The notes below the pieces were generated by a model. The model was not told where the DNA came from and ran no database searches. It saw nothing but the letters and a program-made list of their open reading frames with translations. This document shows, one piece after another, positions 1 through 11,087 of a DNA stretch of 52,575 bases. The position numbers and the translations under genes were made by a program. The stretch comes from Candidatus Aenigmarchaeota archaeon LH_S7 (GTDB lineage: Archaea > Aenigmatarchaeota > Aenigmatarchaeia > QMZS01). The DNA is taken from assembly GCA_023659895.1 (NCBI GenBank), contig JAGXOL010000004.1:1-52575 (forward strand), read 5' to 3'. Numbering within the stretch: position 1 is the stretch's first letter; the number at the start of each line of letters is the position of its first letter.

Positions 1-2
1 CA

Positions 3-3000
3 TTCATCGAGGCAAATTCACAGGAAACTTTATACATGTATTATGGCAACCCTTCTGCCAGTTCTGCCTCAAATGGAACCAATACCTTTGAGTTCTTTGA
101 TGATTTTGAAGACGGAGACTATACAGACAAGTGGACAGTAGATAACGGGACATGGACAGAAGAATCAGGAGTATTAAAACAAACAGACGCTGCCAACACT
201 GACACATGGCATGATGGGATTAAAGTTAGTAGCCCACCGACTCTGGGTGAAAGAATAATGAGGTGCAAAATTAAGATTATCACTGCCGCAGACTCATATG
301 CCGCATATTCTCTAAAATGGAGCGATTCCAACAATTTCTTACATTCTGAGTTGAGGAATATAAATACAGACGATGTGAGAGGACTCGCATTTATAGACGG
401 AGCCTCGGAAACTACACACGATTTTGGCTTTGAAATCTTAGAAGATACATGGTATGAATTAATAACCAAGATTGATGCGGACGGGAATGTAACCTTCATC
501 GCAGATGGCGAAACCTTTACTTTCAGCGATGTAAACTGGGATCAACTCTGGGAAGGTATAAACCTACACACTTATGAAACAGAAGCTCATTTCGACGACA
601 TTTATGTAAGAAAATATGCAGACCCAGAGCCAGCAACCACAATTGGCTCAGAAGAAACCTCAAACTTTCAGATTACAACTGAAGGAACCTCTTATATCAG
701 ATTCAGAAGCAAGGACATAGCAGGAAATTTAGAAGAAACAAAGAATGAGACAATAAAAATAGATACAGCACCACCAGAAATTCAATTTGTCCCTCCAACA
801 ACAGAAACAGGAAATTATTCAAAAGATTGGATAGTAGCAAATGTAACAGCTTCAGACTCAGGAGCAGAATTGGACACAATAAACCTAACTCTCTGGAACT
901 CAACAGGTGGATTAGTTCAATACAATACCTCAGATATTTCCCCTCTATTCATCAATTTCACAACTTTACCAGATGATACTTATTACCTAAATGCAACAGT
1001 AAATGATACAACAGGAAAAACAAACAAAACAGAAACAAGGACAATTCTATTAGATACAACAGAACCAAACATGAGCTGGGAATACCCAACTCCTGAGAAC
1101 AACTCTTACAAAACAGAAAACTACACAGAAATAAATCTTACAATTGATGAACCAAATTTAGATTCTTTTAAATTTAACTGGTATAATGGAACAAACTGGA
1201 CAAATTCAAGTTTCTATGATTCAAATTTTGTTTTGGGGATGAATCTTAACAATAATTCAGATATTGGAGAAACTTCAACAAAAGCAGTGGATATTTCAAA
1301 GTATGAGAATAATGGAACAATAGTAAAACCAAGTGATTGGTGGAATGAGAGTTTTAAATATAGAAAGAAACTAACAATTACGAATAACAATGCAACAAAT
1401 CTGACAATTGGAAAACCGATTAACTTCACTTTAGATACTGCGAGTTTGGTTTCAACTGGAAAATTATTGGCGAATGGAGATGATTTGAGAATTGTTTGTG
1501 GAGGAGATGAGGTTAATAGGACAAACACAAGTTCTTTCAATTCAACTACAGAAATCTGGTTCAAATCTTGTGTTCAGATAAATGCTGGAGAGGACAGTGG
1601 AGATAATTTTTATGCCTATTATGGAAATTCTGAGGCTGGAACTCCAAATACTGGTGGAATTACTACTGAACAGAATTATAATCTAACTGTTGATAAAGGA
1701 GGAGAAAGTGTAATCAGGGCACAGTATGTAGATGGTAGATTTGGTAAGGCTCTCTCTTTTGATGGAGTGGATGATTATGTGGAAGTCCCGGATGACCCTA
1801 TTTTAGATATTAATTCTTCATACTCAGAAACTGCATGGGTATATCCGTCATCGACCAGTGGGAAGAATGATATAACTATGAAGGATAGTTCACAGTGGGC
1901 ATTTGGATTTCAAGTTAGGGATGGTCAATTAAGAGCGGGATTTGAGGATGAATCAGATGCTAACTTTATTGGGTCAGGTGGAACAGTAAATACAAATGAG
2001 TGGCAATTTCTAACAGTTATTTATAATGGCACTGATGTTATTGGTTATATTAATGGAGAAAGGGTTTTGGGTACAGATGGAGGAGGAACTCCATGTACAA
2101 ATGGTGAGCCTCTAACAATAGGTAAGGGAGAAGACTATTTCAATGGCACAATCGACGAAGTCCGTGTCTACAACCGATCTTTATCACCAGAAGAAATTCA
2201 AATGCACTATCAGTCAGAATTTTCAAAATATAATTCTTCAGAGTGGAGGTTTTATGACAATCTCTCTGTTGAAAATCAAACTCATAAATTCAATGTTTGG
2301 GCTAATGATACCTTAGGATGGAGTTCTGAAAACGAAATAATTGTGCATACAAATACAATTTCAATTTCAAATTTGAGTTTTGAAGATTCTGAGACAAAAC
2401 ATGAGTTTAATATTTCTGCGAATGCGACCCATACAGGAGGAGTAGATAAATTTACAGGGTGTCGTATCTATTGTTCTAATTGTAGCTCGGGTAGTTATAC
2501 AGGAAATTTAAACAAGACAGAGAGCCCTGCAAGGTGTAATTTATTAATAAATGAGTCTGATATGGATTTGGGGAAGACAGCAAACTTCAACATTTCATTT
2601 ATAGACTCCTATGGAAAGGAAAGATTTTCAAATACAGAAGAACATTCTTTACCAAATGTTGCTCCAGAAATTTCTTCTTTTTCAATTACAAATTGCTCTG
2701 AAGGGCATTGCTTTAATGTCTTTGCAAATGCTACTGATCTAAATGGAGCAACAGATATTTCTTCCTGCACAATTCATTATTATAACCCAACTGACCCAGG
2801 TGTTGGATGGAATTTTTTCCCAGGAACTCTAAGCTGTGGAAGTAATTCCTGTAATTGCACTGAACAAATATCAAATTCAACTACCGATTTAGGTAATGAT
2901 ATTGAAAATGAAATTGAAGTATATGTAGAGTTTGAAGATAGTTCAAGAGCAACAAATACAACTTCCCACTATAATAATACAATTATAAACCATGAGCCAA

Positions 3001-6000
3001 CGGTTAGTGCAGGTGCAAGTGCAATATCAGGAGAACATGCATTTAATCTTACAGCTTCTGTTAGTGACCCAGATTCAGATTCCTTAACCTGTAAAGCTTA
3101 TTTAAATGATACCTCTTCTGTCTCTTCCTGTGAAGTAAATATGTCAGGTCCAGTTTCTGGAGATTGTTATTTGAAGGTGAATACTTCAACCTGCTCAAAT
3201 TTCAGTGTTAATGACTGGCTAGATTCTGTTGTAGAGGTTGCAGACACTTGGGATAAAACAAATTCTTCTTCTGTAAGCCAACGGATTCCAAACAGAGTTC
3301 CAGGAGTTCCAACAAATCTTAATTTGCCAATAAATGATTCTTTCAATGATTCAACACATGTTGTAACAAATCATCCTTTAATAAACTGGACCAATCCAGC
3401 AGATCCAGAAAATGATACAATAAACATAACAGCAGCAGTTGGAGCAACCCAAAATCCAACAGCAGAAGATAATTCTGTAACAGTCCCAAACAATTCAATG
3501 AAATTGGGTTATGGAATTAACTTAATAGATGGTGAAACTTATTATTTCAGAATTAAATCTTGTGACTCATGGGACTGCTCTGATTATTTAGGAAATGAAA
3601 GTAATAACTTTACTATGAACTCAGAACCAACAATATCAGGTGCGGGGTTAAACCAGACATCAGGTTTAAAAGCAGGAACAATAGTCCATTTAAAGGCAAA
3701 CATTACTGATGAGCAAGAAGATTCAATAGAGTGGGCTAACTGGACCCTTAAGGAAAATGGGATTATAAAAAATTCAACTAGCGGAACTCCAATAAATAAT
3801 TTAAATGGAACAAAGAATGGGACAATCTGGAAATCACCTAACTTTAATATCACTGGAGGAGCAACTTATAACTGGACTCTGATAACTTCTGACTCTTTTG
3901 AGAATTCAACTACATCAGGAAGTTTTGAAGCAGAAAATAGTGCTCCAACAATCACACAAAATCCACTATTTGAAGATTATTCAGGACACAAATTCAGAGC
4001 TAATGCTACTGCTGAGGACCCAGACCCGGATGATATAGATTCCTGTACTGTTCTCCTTGATGATGGAGAGAGTTCAAATACAACTTCAGGAATTTTAAAA
4101 CAGATAGACACAAATAAGTATCTCTGTGAATATAATGTTTCCCTAGAGACAAACAAGAATTTCACTGTTTTAGAGCAAATTCTAGTATCTGTAAAATTCT
4201 CTGACGGGAAAGCAACAGCAACAACTTCAACAAAAACTCATAATATACCAAACAGGATTCCAACAAAACCTACAAATATCAATTTAGATGTTCAAAATTC
4301 AAGTAGGGTAATAGACCACAATCCAACTCTGGAATGGACTAAAGGTAGTGATGATGATGGGGATAATATAACAACTTATGTTTATGTTGATGAGGGAAAC
4401 TGCTCTGCTATAGACCCAACAACAGAAGAAAACTCTACCTCAGGAAATTCAACAGAAATTGGAGCAACTCTTTATTTGACAGATGGAAAAACCTATTGTC
4501 TGAGAGCAAGGAGTTATGATTCCTATGAATATGGATATTACTCAGATGAAGAAGAATTTTATATGAACTCAGAACCAGCAATAAATTCTGTTATGACAGA
4601 GCCAGAAGCAGAGAATATAGACCAACCAATGGAAATAAATCTTACAGCAAATATTACTGATTTAGATATTTATAATTTCAGTGATACAATTATATGGGCT
4701 AATTTTACTGTTAAGAGTGGAGGAAAGATAGTCAATAACACAAATGGAACTTCAATAAATAACTTGAATGGAACAAAAGATGGAGATTTATGGAGAGTAA
4801 GTTTCAATGCAAGCCCAAGCACAAATTATGAGTATAATGTAACAACTTCTGACGGGTATGAAACAAAAACCAGGACAGGCTCTTTTACAACAGGAAATCA
4901 GAATCCGAGTGCTGATGGCCCTTACTTTTCAGATAATCAGACAAGGCATGCTTTTATTGCCTGGGCAAATGCAACAGACTCTGATGGAAATATAACAAAC
5001 TGCACAATTCATTTTGATAATTTAACAGAATCCTGGAATTTTGAAAATAGTTCAGTAAACTGCTCAAAAGAAATAAATACTTCACATTTTGATGTTGGAG
5101 TTTCTATTTCAATTTATTTTGTTTTTGAGGATAATGCAAATGCAACAGTAACAACTCAAACTTTAAGTCATAAGATTCCGAACAGGGTTCCAACAAAACC
5201 TACAAATATCAATTTAGAAGTTCAAAATTCAAGCAGGGTAATAGACCACAATCCAACCCTAAAATGGACTAAAGGTAGTGATGATGAGAATGATACAGTA
5301 AAGACAAAAATATATGTTGAAAATTCATCTAATCCAACAACTTTGGAAACAGAAGTAGATGGAAATAGTACAACAATAGGAAATACTGTCCAATTATCAG
5401 ATGGGCAAACTTACTATTACAAACTTTGTTCAGCAGATAACTGGAGTTCTAACTGCTCAGAGATTTATAATTTCACGATGAATTCAAAACCAACGATTCA
5501 GAGTGCACAATTAAATAATACAGGAACTTTGCATGGGGGAGATATTGTTCACTTAGAGGCAAATATTACTGATGCAGAACTTGATAAAATAGTTTTTGCT
5601 AATTTCACAGTCCGGACTGGTAAAGGAATTGTTAATTCAACTGAGAATGTTTCAATAGAAAATTTAAATGGAACAAAGAATGGAATATGGAAATCAGCAG
5701 ATTTTGAGTTAGAACCTGGTTTAACTTATAACTGGAACATTACAACATCAGATTCTTTTGAGACAGCAGAGACAAGTGGTTCTTTTACAGTTGCAAATGC
5801 ACAACCAACAATAGGTCAAAGTATTAAATTTTATGACCTAGGAAATCACACTTTCAAAGCTAATGCGAGTGTAAATGATGCAGATGCTGATAATATTGAG
5901 AGTTGCACTATTTATATGGATGATGGAGAGAGTTCAAATACAACTTCAGGAATTTTAAAACAGATAGATTCAAATAATTATCTCTGCGAGTATAACATCT

Positions 6001-9000
6001 CTCCTGAGACAAACTCAGAGTTTAAGGTTTCAGATTTAATAACAGTGAAAATAACATTTACAGATTACGGGGGTGCAAGTGTGTCCACTTCTGATTCCCA
6101 TCAGATCCCAAACCAGAAACCAAATATTACTGCAATCTGGATAACTCCCAGTAATCCAAATACAAAAACAGATTTAGTTGGAAATAGAAATGCAAGTGAC
6201 CCTGAAGAGGATACCCTGTCCAATAATACATTTGATTGGTATCTTAATGGAGCAAAAGGAGAAACAACAGTTGAAGGAATTTTGCCACAGGTGAACACAA
6301 AGAAAGGAGAAAATTGGAGTGTTTGCTTGCAGGTAGTAGATCAATATAATGCGGTCTCTGATGAAAAATGTTCTGGAAATGTAACAATCCGGAATTATCC
6401 TCCTGATTTGAGTGATATTTCAGTTACCAAATATGCAGGGCACAGAATTTTAACTTCAACAATTGCAACAGATTATGATAATGAAACAGATTTCAAAAAT
6501 TGCACTCTTTATTATTTTGACCAAACTAACCAGAGCAATAAAACCGGAGTATTGGAAATAGATTATGGAACTGATTTAGAAGCAAAATGCTCAGAAAATA
6601 TTACTGCAGGAGACTGGATTATTCCAAATCATAAAATAAATATCACCATAGAGGTTTGTGATGGAAATTTGACTAATGGATTATCTAATCCAGGAAACTG
6701 CTCTAATATAACAACAGAAAATGTTGTAGTTCCCAATGTTGTTCCAGAAATTTCTTTAACTTCTCCTGAAAATAACAAAAACTCAACAAATAAGACAATT
6801 AAATTTATGTGGATTGGTTCTGATGCTGATTCAGACAATTTAACATATAATTTGACTATTTATAATAGGACCACAGACCTAATAAATGAGATAAATACAA
6901 CAAATGAGAGTTATACAACAAACCTATTAGATGGAATTTATTATTGGAATGTTTCTGTAACAGATTTGTTTGATGGAACAGAACTAAACACAACAAATTC
7001 AGAGACAAGAAAATTAACAATAGATACAACTCCACCAGAATTGATAAATGCAAGTTGTAATATAACTACAGAAAATAGAACAGAAGAAAATGCAACAAAC
7101 AGAACAATAAATGCAACACAGGGAGATAATATTACCTGTAGGTTTGAATTCAGGGATAATTCTCAAAGTTGGGGAATAGGTGGATTAAATAATGCAACTT
7201 TGAATATAAGTTATGAGAGTAAAGAAAATGAAGCAAGAAATTTAAACTTCTCCGAAAACAAAACAGAATTTAATTTAACAAATTTACCTGCAGGTTTTAC
7301 TGTTCTAAATTTAACAAGTTATGACTGGCTTGGAAATAATAATAGGACAAAGATAAATATAACAGTAACAGATATAGAGAATCCGAATATAACCTCAATA
7401 TCCCACTCTCCAACAAGTTTAGCGGATTTAGACCCAGAGGTAAATATTACTCTCTCAGCAAAGATAACAGATAATTTAGGAGTTGATAAAGTTTTACTTT
7501 ATTACCGAAGGAACGATTCTTTAAATCCAACAAACTGGAGTTCAACAGAGATGAATTTAAGTTCAGGAAATAACAGAAATGGAACTTATGAAATAGAATT
7601 AGAGAACTGGACCAAAGGGAATTGGACTTATTATATCTGGACTAATGACTCTTACAGAAATGAAATAAATTCAAGTGAGCAGAATTTAACAGGGTTGTTG
7701 CAGGTCTGGAAAGATTACACAATCTCAGTAGATATTTCCGGAGTTCCAGAGATAGCAATAATCAACCAGAACTTCACTATTGGAACAGTTAATTTCAATA
7801 ATACAGGAGACTTTAATTATACTTGTGCTTTGCCAAATTCTACTTCTATAAAAGTAACACCAACTGGAAGTATTGGAAACTTTAGTTTTGATTCTTCTTC
7901 TGTTGACTTGGAGCCAGCAGAAACAAAGACCAGAGAAATAAATGCAACAGGGAAGAAATTAGGAATTGCAAGTATAGAAATTCCTGTTGATTGTTCTTGC
8001 TTGAATTGTACAGAAAATAATTCTGATTATACTACAACAATAAACTTGGAGCCAGAAATAAATATAATAGCACCAGGCCCTTATTTTGAACTTACTGGAA
8101 CCTCGAAAATAGAGAAAGTAAAAGCTGGAGATTCTACAGATTTGATTGTAGGAATAAAGAATATTGGAAATGAAACTGGGATTAATCTATCAATTTTCCT
8201 TACCACACCTTCAGGCTTTTCAGTGAAACCTGCAAGGAGAAATATAAGTTCTTTTAGTTGTGAGTCTGGAGAAAATTATAAGACCTACTCTTATACAATT
8301 TCGGTTTCAGAGAGGGTTAAAACAGGGAACTATCTTCTCCATTTAAATACAAATTGCTCAAACTGTGAATATACCCAAACCTTTAAATTACCAAAAATAC
8401 CAGTAGAGAATCCAAGAATAGAAGAAGTTACCGAAAAAGTACCTACTGGAGGTGAAGCAGCACCAACACCAGCACCTACAGGATTAACAATAGAGCAAAA
8501 AAAGAAATTGATGCAAACCGAAGAAACCTTAGAAGTTGTTAGAAAAGAGCAGGAAAACTTTACTCTAACAGTAGAAAACATTTTTGATGGTCCAATGGAA
8601 GATGTGCATGTAAATGTTTCTGGTTATTTATCTCAATATTTATCTTTAGTACCAGATTCTGTTGATTTTATTCCTGTAAATGAAAGTTATGACTTTACAG
8701 TTCAGATTATAGCCCCTAAATATTTCACCAGAGGAACATACTATTTAAACTTCACAATTAATGCAACAATAAATGAGACAACAATAAAAAATAACATAAC
8801 AAAAAAGAAACTTACAGACTTAAAAGAGAACAGATTAGTAACCTTAATCATTCATGAGATTTCAAAGGCTGAGGCAGAGAAAAATTTGAACAAAAGTAAA
8901 GAAGTTTTGGAAGAATTTAATAAATCCAACTTTTATTCTAAAGAAATAGAAGAATCTATAAAAGAGATGAAAGAAGCTATAGAAAATAAAAACTATATAA

Positions 9001-9980
9001 AAACAAAGAATACAATTGAAAAAATTTTAGATACTAAAGAGAAAGCACATAAGGCAGATAGAGGGATGGCTAAAATAGAGGGATTAATTCAGAAAGCAGA
9101 GAAAAGAGAAATAAAAGTTGAAAAAACAAAGAGGCTTTTAAATTTGGCAAAGGCTGCTTTTGCAAGAGGAGATTACGCAACATCTTTATCAAGAACACAG
9201 GAAGCAAGATTAACTTATGCAGCAGAAACAAAAGGAGAGTTTTCCATAAGTTATTTCATAAAAGAAAACTGGGGTAAATTAGGAATTTTAACAGCAGTCT
9301 TAATATTATTGTCTATAGGAATATTCTTTGAACTAAAATTATCTAGGATAAAACTAAAATTAAAGAATTTGAAGAAAGAAGAAACTATTTTAATAGGATT
9401 AATGAAGGAAGCCCAGAAAGAATGCTTTGAACTTAAAAAACTCTCAATGAATGAATACACAACCACAATGAATCAATATGAAAAGAAGTTGAGCAGAGTA
9501 GTTTCAAGTATAATTGAATATGAAACAAAGAAAGCAAATATATTTAGATTTGGAGGAGTAGAAAAAGCACTAAGACAGGAAAGAAATAGATTACTCAAAT
9601 TAATCTCAGAAATGCAGAAAGCCTATTTAGAGAAAGGTGAGTTAGAGACTAGAATCTATAAAGATAGATTGAAAAGTTATGCAAAGAGATTTTCAGAGAT
9701 ACAGGAGAAAATTACTACTTTAGAAGCAGAAAAAGAAATTAGGAGAAAAACAGGGATTAAAAATAAGTTTAGAAAGTTTGTGGCTGGAATTCTATCCCGG
9801 AGACCAAGGTTATGGACTGAGTTGAAAAAAAGAAAAGAACTTGAAAAACAGGGAAAGGAAAAAAAACGAGGGATTAAATTAGCAGAAAGATTCAGAAATT
9901 TTGAAGGAAAGAGAAAAGAACTGAAAGAAAAGGCAAAAAAATTAAAAAAAAGTATATTTAGAAGGTGGTTTAAAAAATGA
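3..9980 (+). CDS. Giant (>3314 aa) mosaic cell-surface glycoprotein: DUF2341-like and LamG-like domains, Ig/FN3-like repeats, C-terminal TM anchor with Lys-rich cytoplasmic tail; 5' end lies outside the window
   Basis: Frame is open from position 3 (FIEANSQETLYMYYGNP, the typical DUF2341 C-terminal motif), so the annotated Met at 36 is internal. Second DUF2341-like block WWNESFKYRKKLTI; LamG motifs GRFGKALSFDGVDDYV and FNGTIDEVRVYNRSLS; many N-x-S/T sequons; TM LGILTAVLILLSIGIFF near the C-terminus. Confidence 0.9.
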   Translation, partial: FIEANSQETLYMYYGNPSASSASNGTNTFEFFDDFEDGDYTDKWTVDNGTWTEESGVLKQTDAANTDTWHDGIKVSSPPTLGERIMRCKIKIITAADSYAAYSLKWSDSNNFLHSELRNINTDDVRGLAFIDGASETTHDFGFEILEDTWYELITKIDADGNVTFIADGETFTFSDVNWDQLWEGINLHTYETEAHFDDIYVRKYADPEPATTIGSEETSNFQITTEGTSYIRFRSKDIAGNLEETKNETIKIDTAPPEIQFVPPTTETGNYSKDWIVANVTASDSGAELDTINLTLWNSTGGLVQYNTSDISPLFINFTTLPDDTYYLNATVNDTTGKTNKTETRTILLDTTEPNMSWEYPTPENNSYKTENYTEINLTIDEPNLDSFKFNWYNGTNWTNSSFYDSNFVLGMNLNNNSDIGETSTKAVDISKYENNGTIVKPSDWWNESFKYRKKLTITNNNATNLTIGKPINFTLDTASLVSTGKLLANGDDLRIVCGGDEVNRTNTSSFNSTTEIWFKSCVQINAGEDSGDNFYAYYGNSEAGTPNTGGITTEQNYNLTVDKGGESVIRAQYVDGRFGKALSFDGVDDYVEVPDDPILDINSSYSETAWVYPSSTSGKNDITMKDSSQWAFGFQVRDGQLRAGFEDESDANFIGSGGTVNTNEWQFLTVIYNGTDVIGYINGERVLGTDGGGTPCTNGEPLTIGKGEDYFNGTIDEVRVYNRSLSPEEIQMHYQSEFSKYNSSEWRFYDNLSVENQTHKFNVWANDTLGWSSENEIIVHTNTISISNLSFEDSETKHEFNISANATHTGGVDKFTGCRIYCSNCSSGSYTGNLNKTESPARCNLLINESDMDLGKTANFNISFIDSYGKERFSNTEEHSLPNVAPEISSFSITNCSEGHCFNVFANATDLNGATDISSCTIHYYNPTDPGVGWNFFPGTLSCGSNSCNCTEQISNSTTDLGNDIENEIEVYVEFEDSSRATNTTSHYNNTIINHEPTVSAGASAISGEHAFNLTASVSDPDSDSLTCKAYLNDTSSVSSCEVNMSGPVSGDCYLKVNTSTCSNFSVNDWLDSVVEVADTWDKTNSSSVSQRIPNRVPGVPTNLNLPINDSFNDSTHVVTNHPLINWTNPADPENDTINITAAVGATQNPTAEDNSVTVPNNSMKLGYGINLIDGETYYFRIKSCDSWDCSDYLGNESNNFTMNSEPTISGAGLNQTSGLKAGTIVHLKANITDEQEDSIEWANWTLKENGIIKNSTSGTPINNLNGTKNGTIWKSPNFNITGGATYNWTLITSDSFENSTTSGSFEAENSAPTITQNPLFEDYSGHKFRANATAEDPDPDDIDSCTVLLDDGESSNTTSGILKQIDTNKYLCEYNVSLETNKNFTVLEQILVSVKFSDGKATATTSTKTHNIPNRIPTKPTNINLDVQNSSRVIDHNPTLEWTKGSDDDGDNITTYVYVDEGNCSAIDPTTEENSTSGNSTEIGATLYLTDGKTYCLRARSYDSYEYGYYSDEEEFYMNSEPAINSVMTEPEAENIDQPMEINLTANITDLDIYNFSDTIIWANFTVKSGGKIVNNTNGTSINNLNGTKDGDLWRVSFNASPSTNYEYNVTTSDGYETKTRTGSFTTGNQNPSADGPYFSDNQTRHAFIAWANATDSDGNITNCTIHFDNLTESWNFENSSVNCSKEINTSHFDVGVSISIYFVFEDNANATVTTQTLSHKIPNRVPTKPTNINLEVQNSSRVIDHNPTLKWTKGSDDENDTVKTKIYVENSSNPTTLETEVDGNSTTIGNTVQLSDGQTYYYKLCSADNWSSNCSEIYNFTMNSKPTIQSAQLNNTGTLHGGDIVHLEANITDAELDKIVFANFTVRTGKGIVNSTENVSIENLNGTKNGIWKSADFELEPGLTYNWNITTSDSFETAETSGSFTVANAQPTIGQSIKFYDLGNHTFKANASVNDADADNIESCTIYMDDGESSNTTSGILKQIDSNNYLCEYNISPETNSEFKVSDLITVKITFTDYGGASVSTSDSHQIPNQKPNITAIWITPSNPNTKTDLVGNRNASDPEEDTLSNNTFDWYLNGAKGETTVEGILPQVNTKKGENWSVCLQVVDQYNAVSDEKCSGNVTIRNYPPDLSDISVTKYAGHRILTSTIATDYDNETDFKNCTLYYFDQTNQSNKTGVLEIDYGTDLEAKCSENITAGDWIIPNHKINITIEVCDGNLTNGLSNPGNCSNITTENVVVPNVVPEISLTSPENNKNSTNKTIKFMWIGSDADSDNLTYNLTIYNRTTDLINEINTTNESYTTNLLDGIYYWNVSVTDLFDGTELNTTNSETRKLTIDTTPPELINASCNITTENRTEENATNRTINATQGDNITCRFEFRDNSQSWGIGGLNNATLNISYESKENEARNLNFSENKTEFNLTNLPAGFTVLNLTSYDWLGNNNRTKINITVTDIENPNITSISHSPTSLADLDPEVNITLSAKITDNLGVDKVLLYYRRNDSLNPTNWSSTEMNLSSGNNRNGTYEIELENWTKGNWTYYIWTNDSYRNEINSSEQNLTGLLQVWKDYTISVDISGVPEIAIINQNFTIGTVNFNNTGDFNYTCALPNSTSIKVTPTGSIGNFSFDSSSVDLEPAETKTREINATGKKLGIASIEIPVDCSCLNCTENNSDYTTTINLEPEINIIAPGPYFELTGTSKIEKVKAGDSTDLIVGIKNIGNETGINLSIFLTTPSGFSVKPARRNISSFSCESGENYKTYSYTISVSERVKTGNYLLHLNTNCSNCEYTQTFKLPKIPVENPRIEEVTEKVPTGGEAAPTPAPTGLTIEQKKKLMQTEETLEVVRKEQENFTLTVENIFDGPMEDVHVNVSGYLSQYLSLVPDSVDFIPVNESYDFTVQIIAPKYFTRGTYYLNFTINATINETTIKNNITKKKLTDLKENRLVTLIIHEISKAEAEKNLNKSKEVLEEFNKSNFYSKEIEESIKEMKEAIENKNYIKTKNTIEKILDTKEKAHKADRGMAKIEGLIQKAEKREIKVEKTKRLLNLAKAAFARGDYATSLSRTQEARLTYAAETKGEFSISYFIKENWGKLGILTAVLILLSIGIFFELKLSRIKLKLKNLKKEETILIGLMKEAQKECFELKKLSMNEYTTTMNQYEKKLSRVVSSIIEYETKKANIFRFGGVEKALRQERNRLLKLISEMQKAYLEKGELETRIYKDRLKSYAKRFSEIQEKITTLEAEKEIRRKTGIKNKFRKFVAGILSRRPRLWTELKKRKELEKQGKEKKRGIKLAERFRNFEGKRKELKEKAKKLKKSIFRRWFKK
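4059..5968 (+). repeat. Intragenic identical 50-bp repeat pair (4059-4108 and 5919-5968)
   Basis: gatgatggagagagttcaaatacaacttcaggaattttaaaacagataga occurs twice; offset 1860 bp (2 x 930). Confidence 0.9.
4251..5287 (+). repeat. Intragenic near-identical 107-bp repeat pair (4251-4357 and 5181-5287) in FN3-like modules
   Basis: Both copies encode NR(I/V)PTKPTNINL(D/E)VQNSSRVIDHNPTL(E/K)WTKGSDD; offset 930 bp. Confidence 0.9.
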
Positions 9981-11077
9981 TGAGAAAAATTTTTTGTTTA
10001 TTGTTAATTTCTGCTTTGCTAGTAATCCCTGTTTTTGGTTTATCTGATGAAGCAATAGGGACCAATAACAGTTTAAGTAAGGCAGAATTTAAAATTAAGG
10101 AGATGAAAGAAGCAAATTTATCCACGGAAAGGGTTTCTGATGTTTATCTCAAGGCAAAACAGTTGTATGATGCACAGGTTGCTTTAGAGAAAGCTGGAGG
10201 AAAACCTGATTATTCTCTTGCAAAAAAGAAGATAAAAAAAATAGAAGATTTAAAAGAAAAAGGTTTTCTTTTAGCAGATGAATTAAAAGCATTAAAGTTG
10301 AGAATAAAAGAAAGTGATGTTAATACAACTAAAGCTGAGATTATTTACTCTGAGGCTCTTAAAGAATTTGAAGATGAGAGATATGAAAAGGCAAAGAAGT
10401 TAATAGAGAAAACTTATACAAAATTATCTGAGTTAGAATCCACTGCAGCAAGAATAGGAGCTTTTTATGAAGCAGTATCAAAAACCTTTGAGAATTTCAT
10501 CAGAGAAAATTTTAAGAAAATAATTTCTGTTATTCTTATAATCTCAGTAACCCTTATAGTCTTACGTAACAGAATAAAAATTTACAGATTAAAAAAGAAA
10601 TTAAGATTGTTAGAATTAAGAAAAGAGATTCTAAAAAAATTAATTAAAAAAACTCAGAGTGATTATTTTGAAAAAGGGATAATTGGAGAAGACACTTACA
10701 CATTAAGAATAGATAAGTTCGGAGAACTTATAAGAGATATTAACAGACAAATTCCTCTAGTTAAGGCTAATATTGCTAAGGTGAAAAAACCTGAAAAGAG
10801 GAGAGAAGAAAAAAAAGAAAATCTGATTAAGAGAGGGATTCAGAAAATAGGTGAAAAAAAGAAAAAACAATCAGAGAGACAGCGAATAAAAGAGAGAGGA
10901 AAGAAAACAAAAGAGAAAGTAGAGAAATTGAAGGATAGAGATTTAGAGAAAATAGCTGAAGATCTTTTAGAAATCCAGAAGAAAATAAAGAAGCCAAGGA
11001 ATCCTGTAAAAAGAATTTTCTATAAAATAGATGTTTATCGAAGAAGAAAAAGATTAAAAAGAAAATTAAAGAGCTAA
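9977..11077 (+). CDS. Membrane protein with signal peptide, helical/coiled-coil ectodomain, single TM and basic tail; paralogous to the C-terminal anchor region of the giant protein
   Basis: ATGA overlap with the upstream stop; N-terminal signal peptide; TM IISVILIISVTLIVL; shares the L..L.K..Q..YFE.G.I...Y motif with the giant protein tail. Confidence 0.8.
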   Translation: MMRKIFCLLLISALLVIPVFGLSDEAIGTNNSLSKAEFKIKEMKEANLSTERVSDVYLKAKQLYDAQVALEKAGGKPDYSLAKKKIKKIEDLKEKGFLLADELKALKLRIKESDVNTTKAEIIYSEALKEFEDERYEKAKKLIEKTYTKLSELESTAARIGAFYEAVSKTFENFIRENFKKIISVILIISVTLIVLRNRIKIYRLKKKLRLLELRKEILKKLIKKTQSDYFEKGIIGEDTYTLRIDKFGELIRDINRQIPLVKANIAKVKKPEKRREEKKENLIKRGIQKIGEKKKKQSERQRIKERGKKTKEKVEKLKDRDLEKIAEDLLEIQKKIKKPRNPVKRIFYKIDVYRRRKRLKRKLKS

Positions 11078-11087
11078 TATTTAAAAG

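Noticed and set aside
4-8581. Short antisense track ORFs inside the giant gene, and similar shadow ORFs inside polB, acs, res, secY and others
   Set aside because: Shadow frames of long AT-rich genes with no motifs or start signals.
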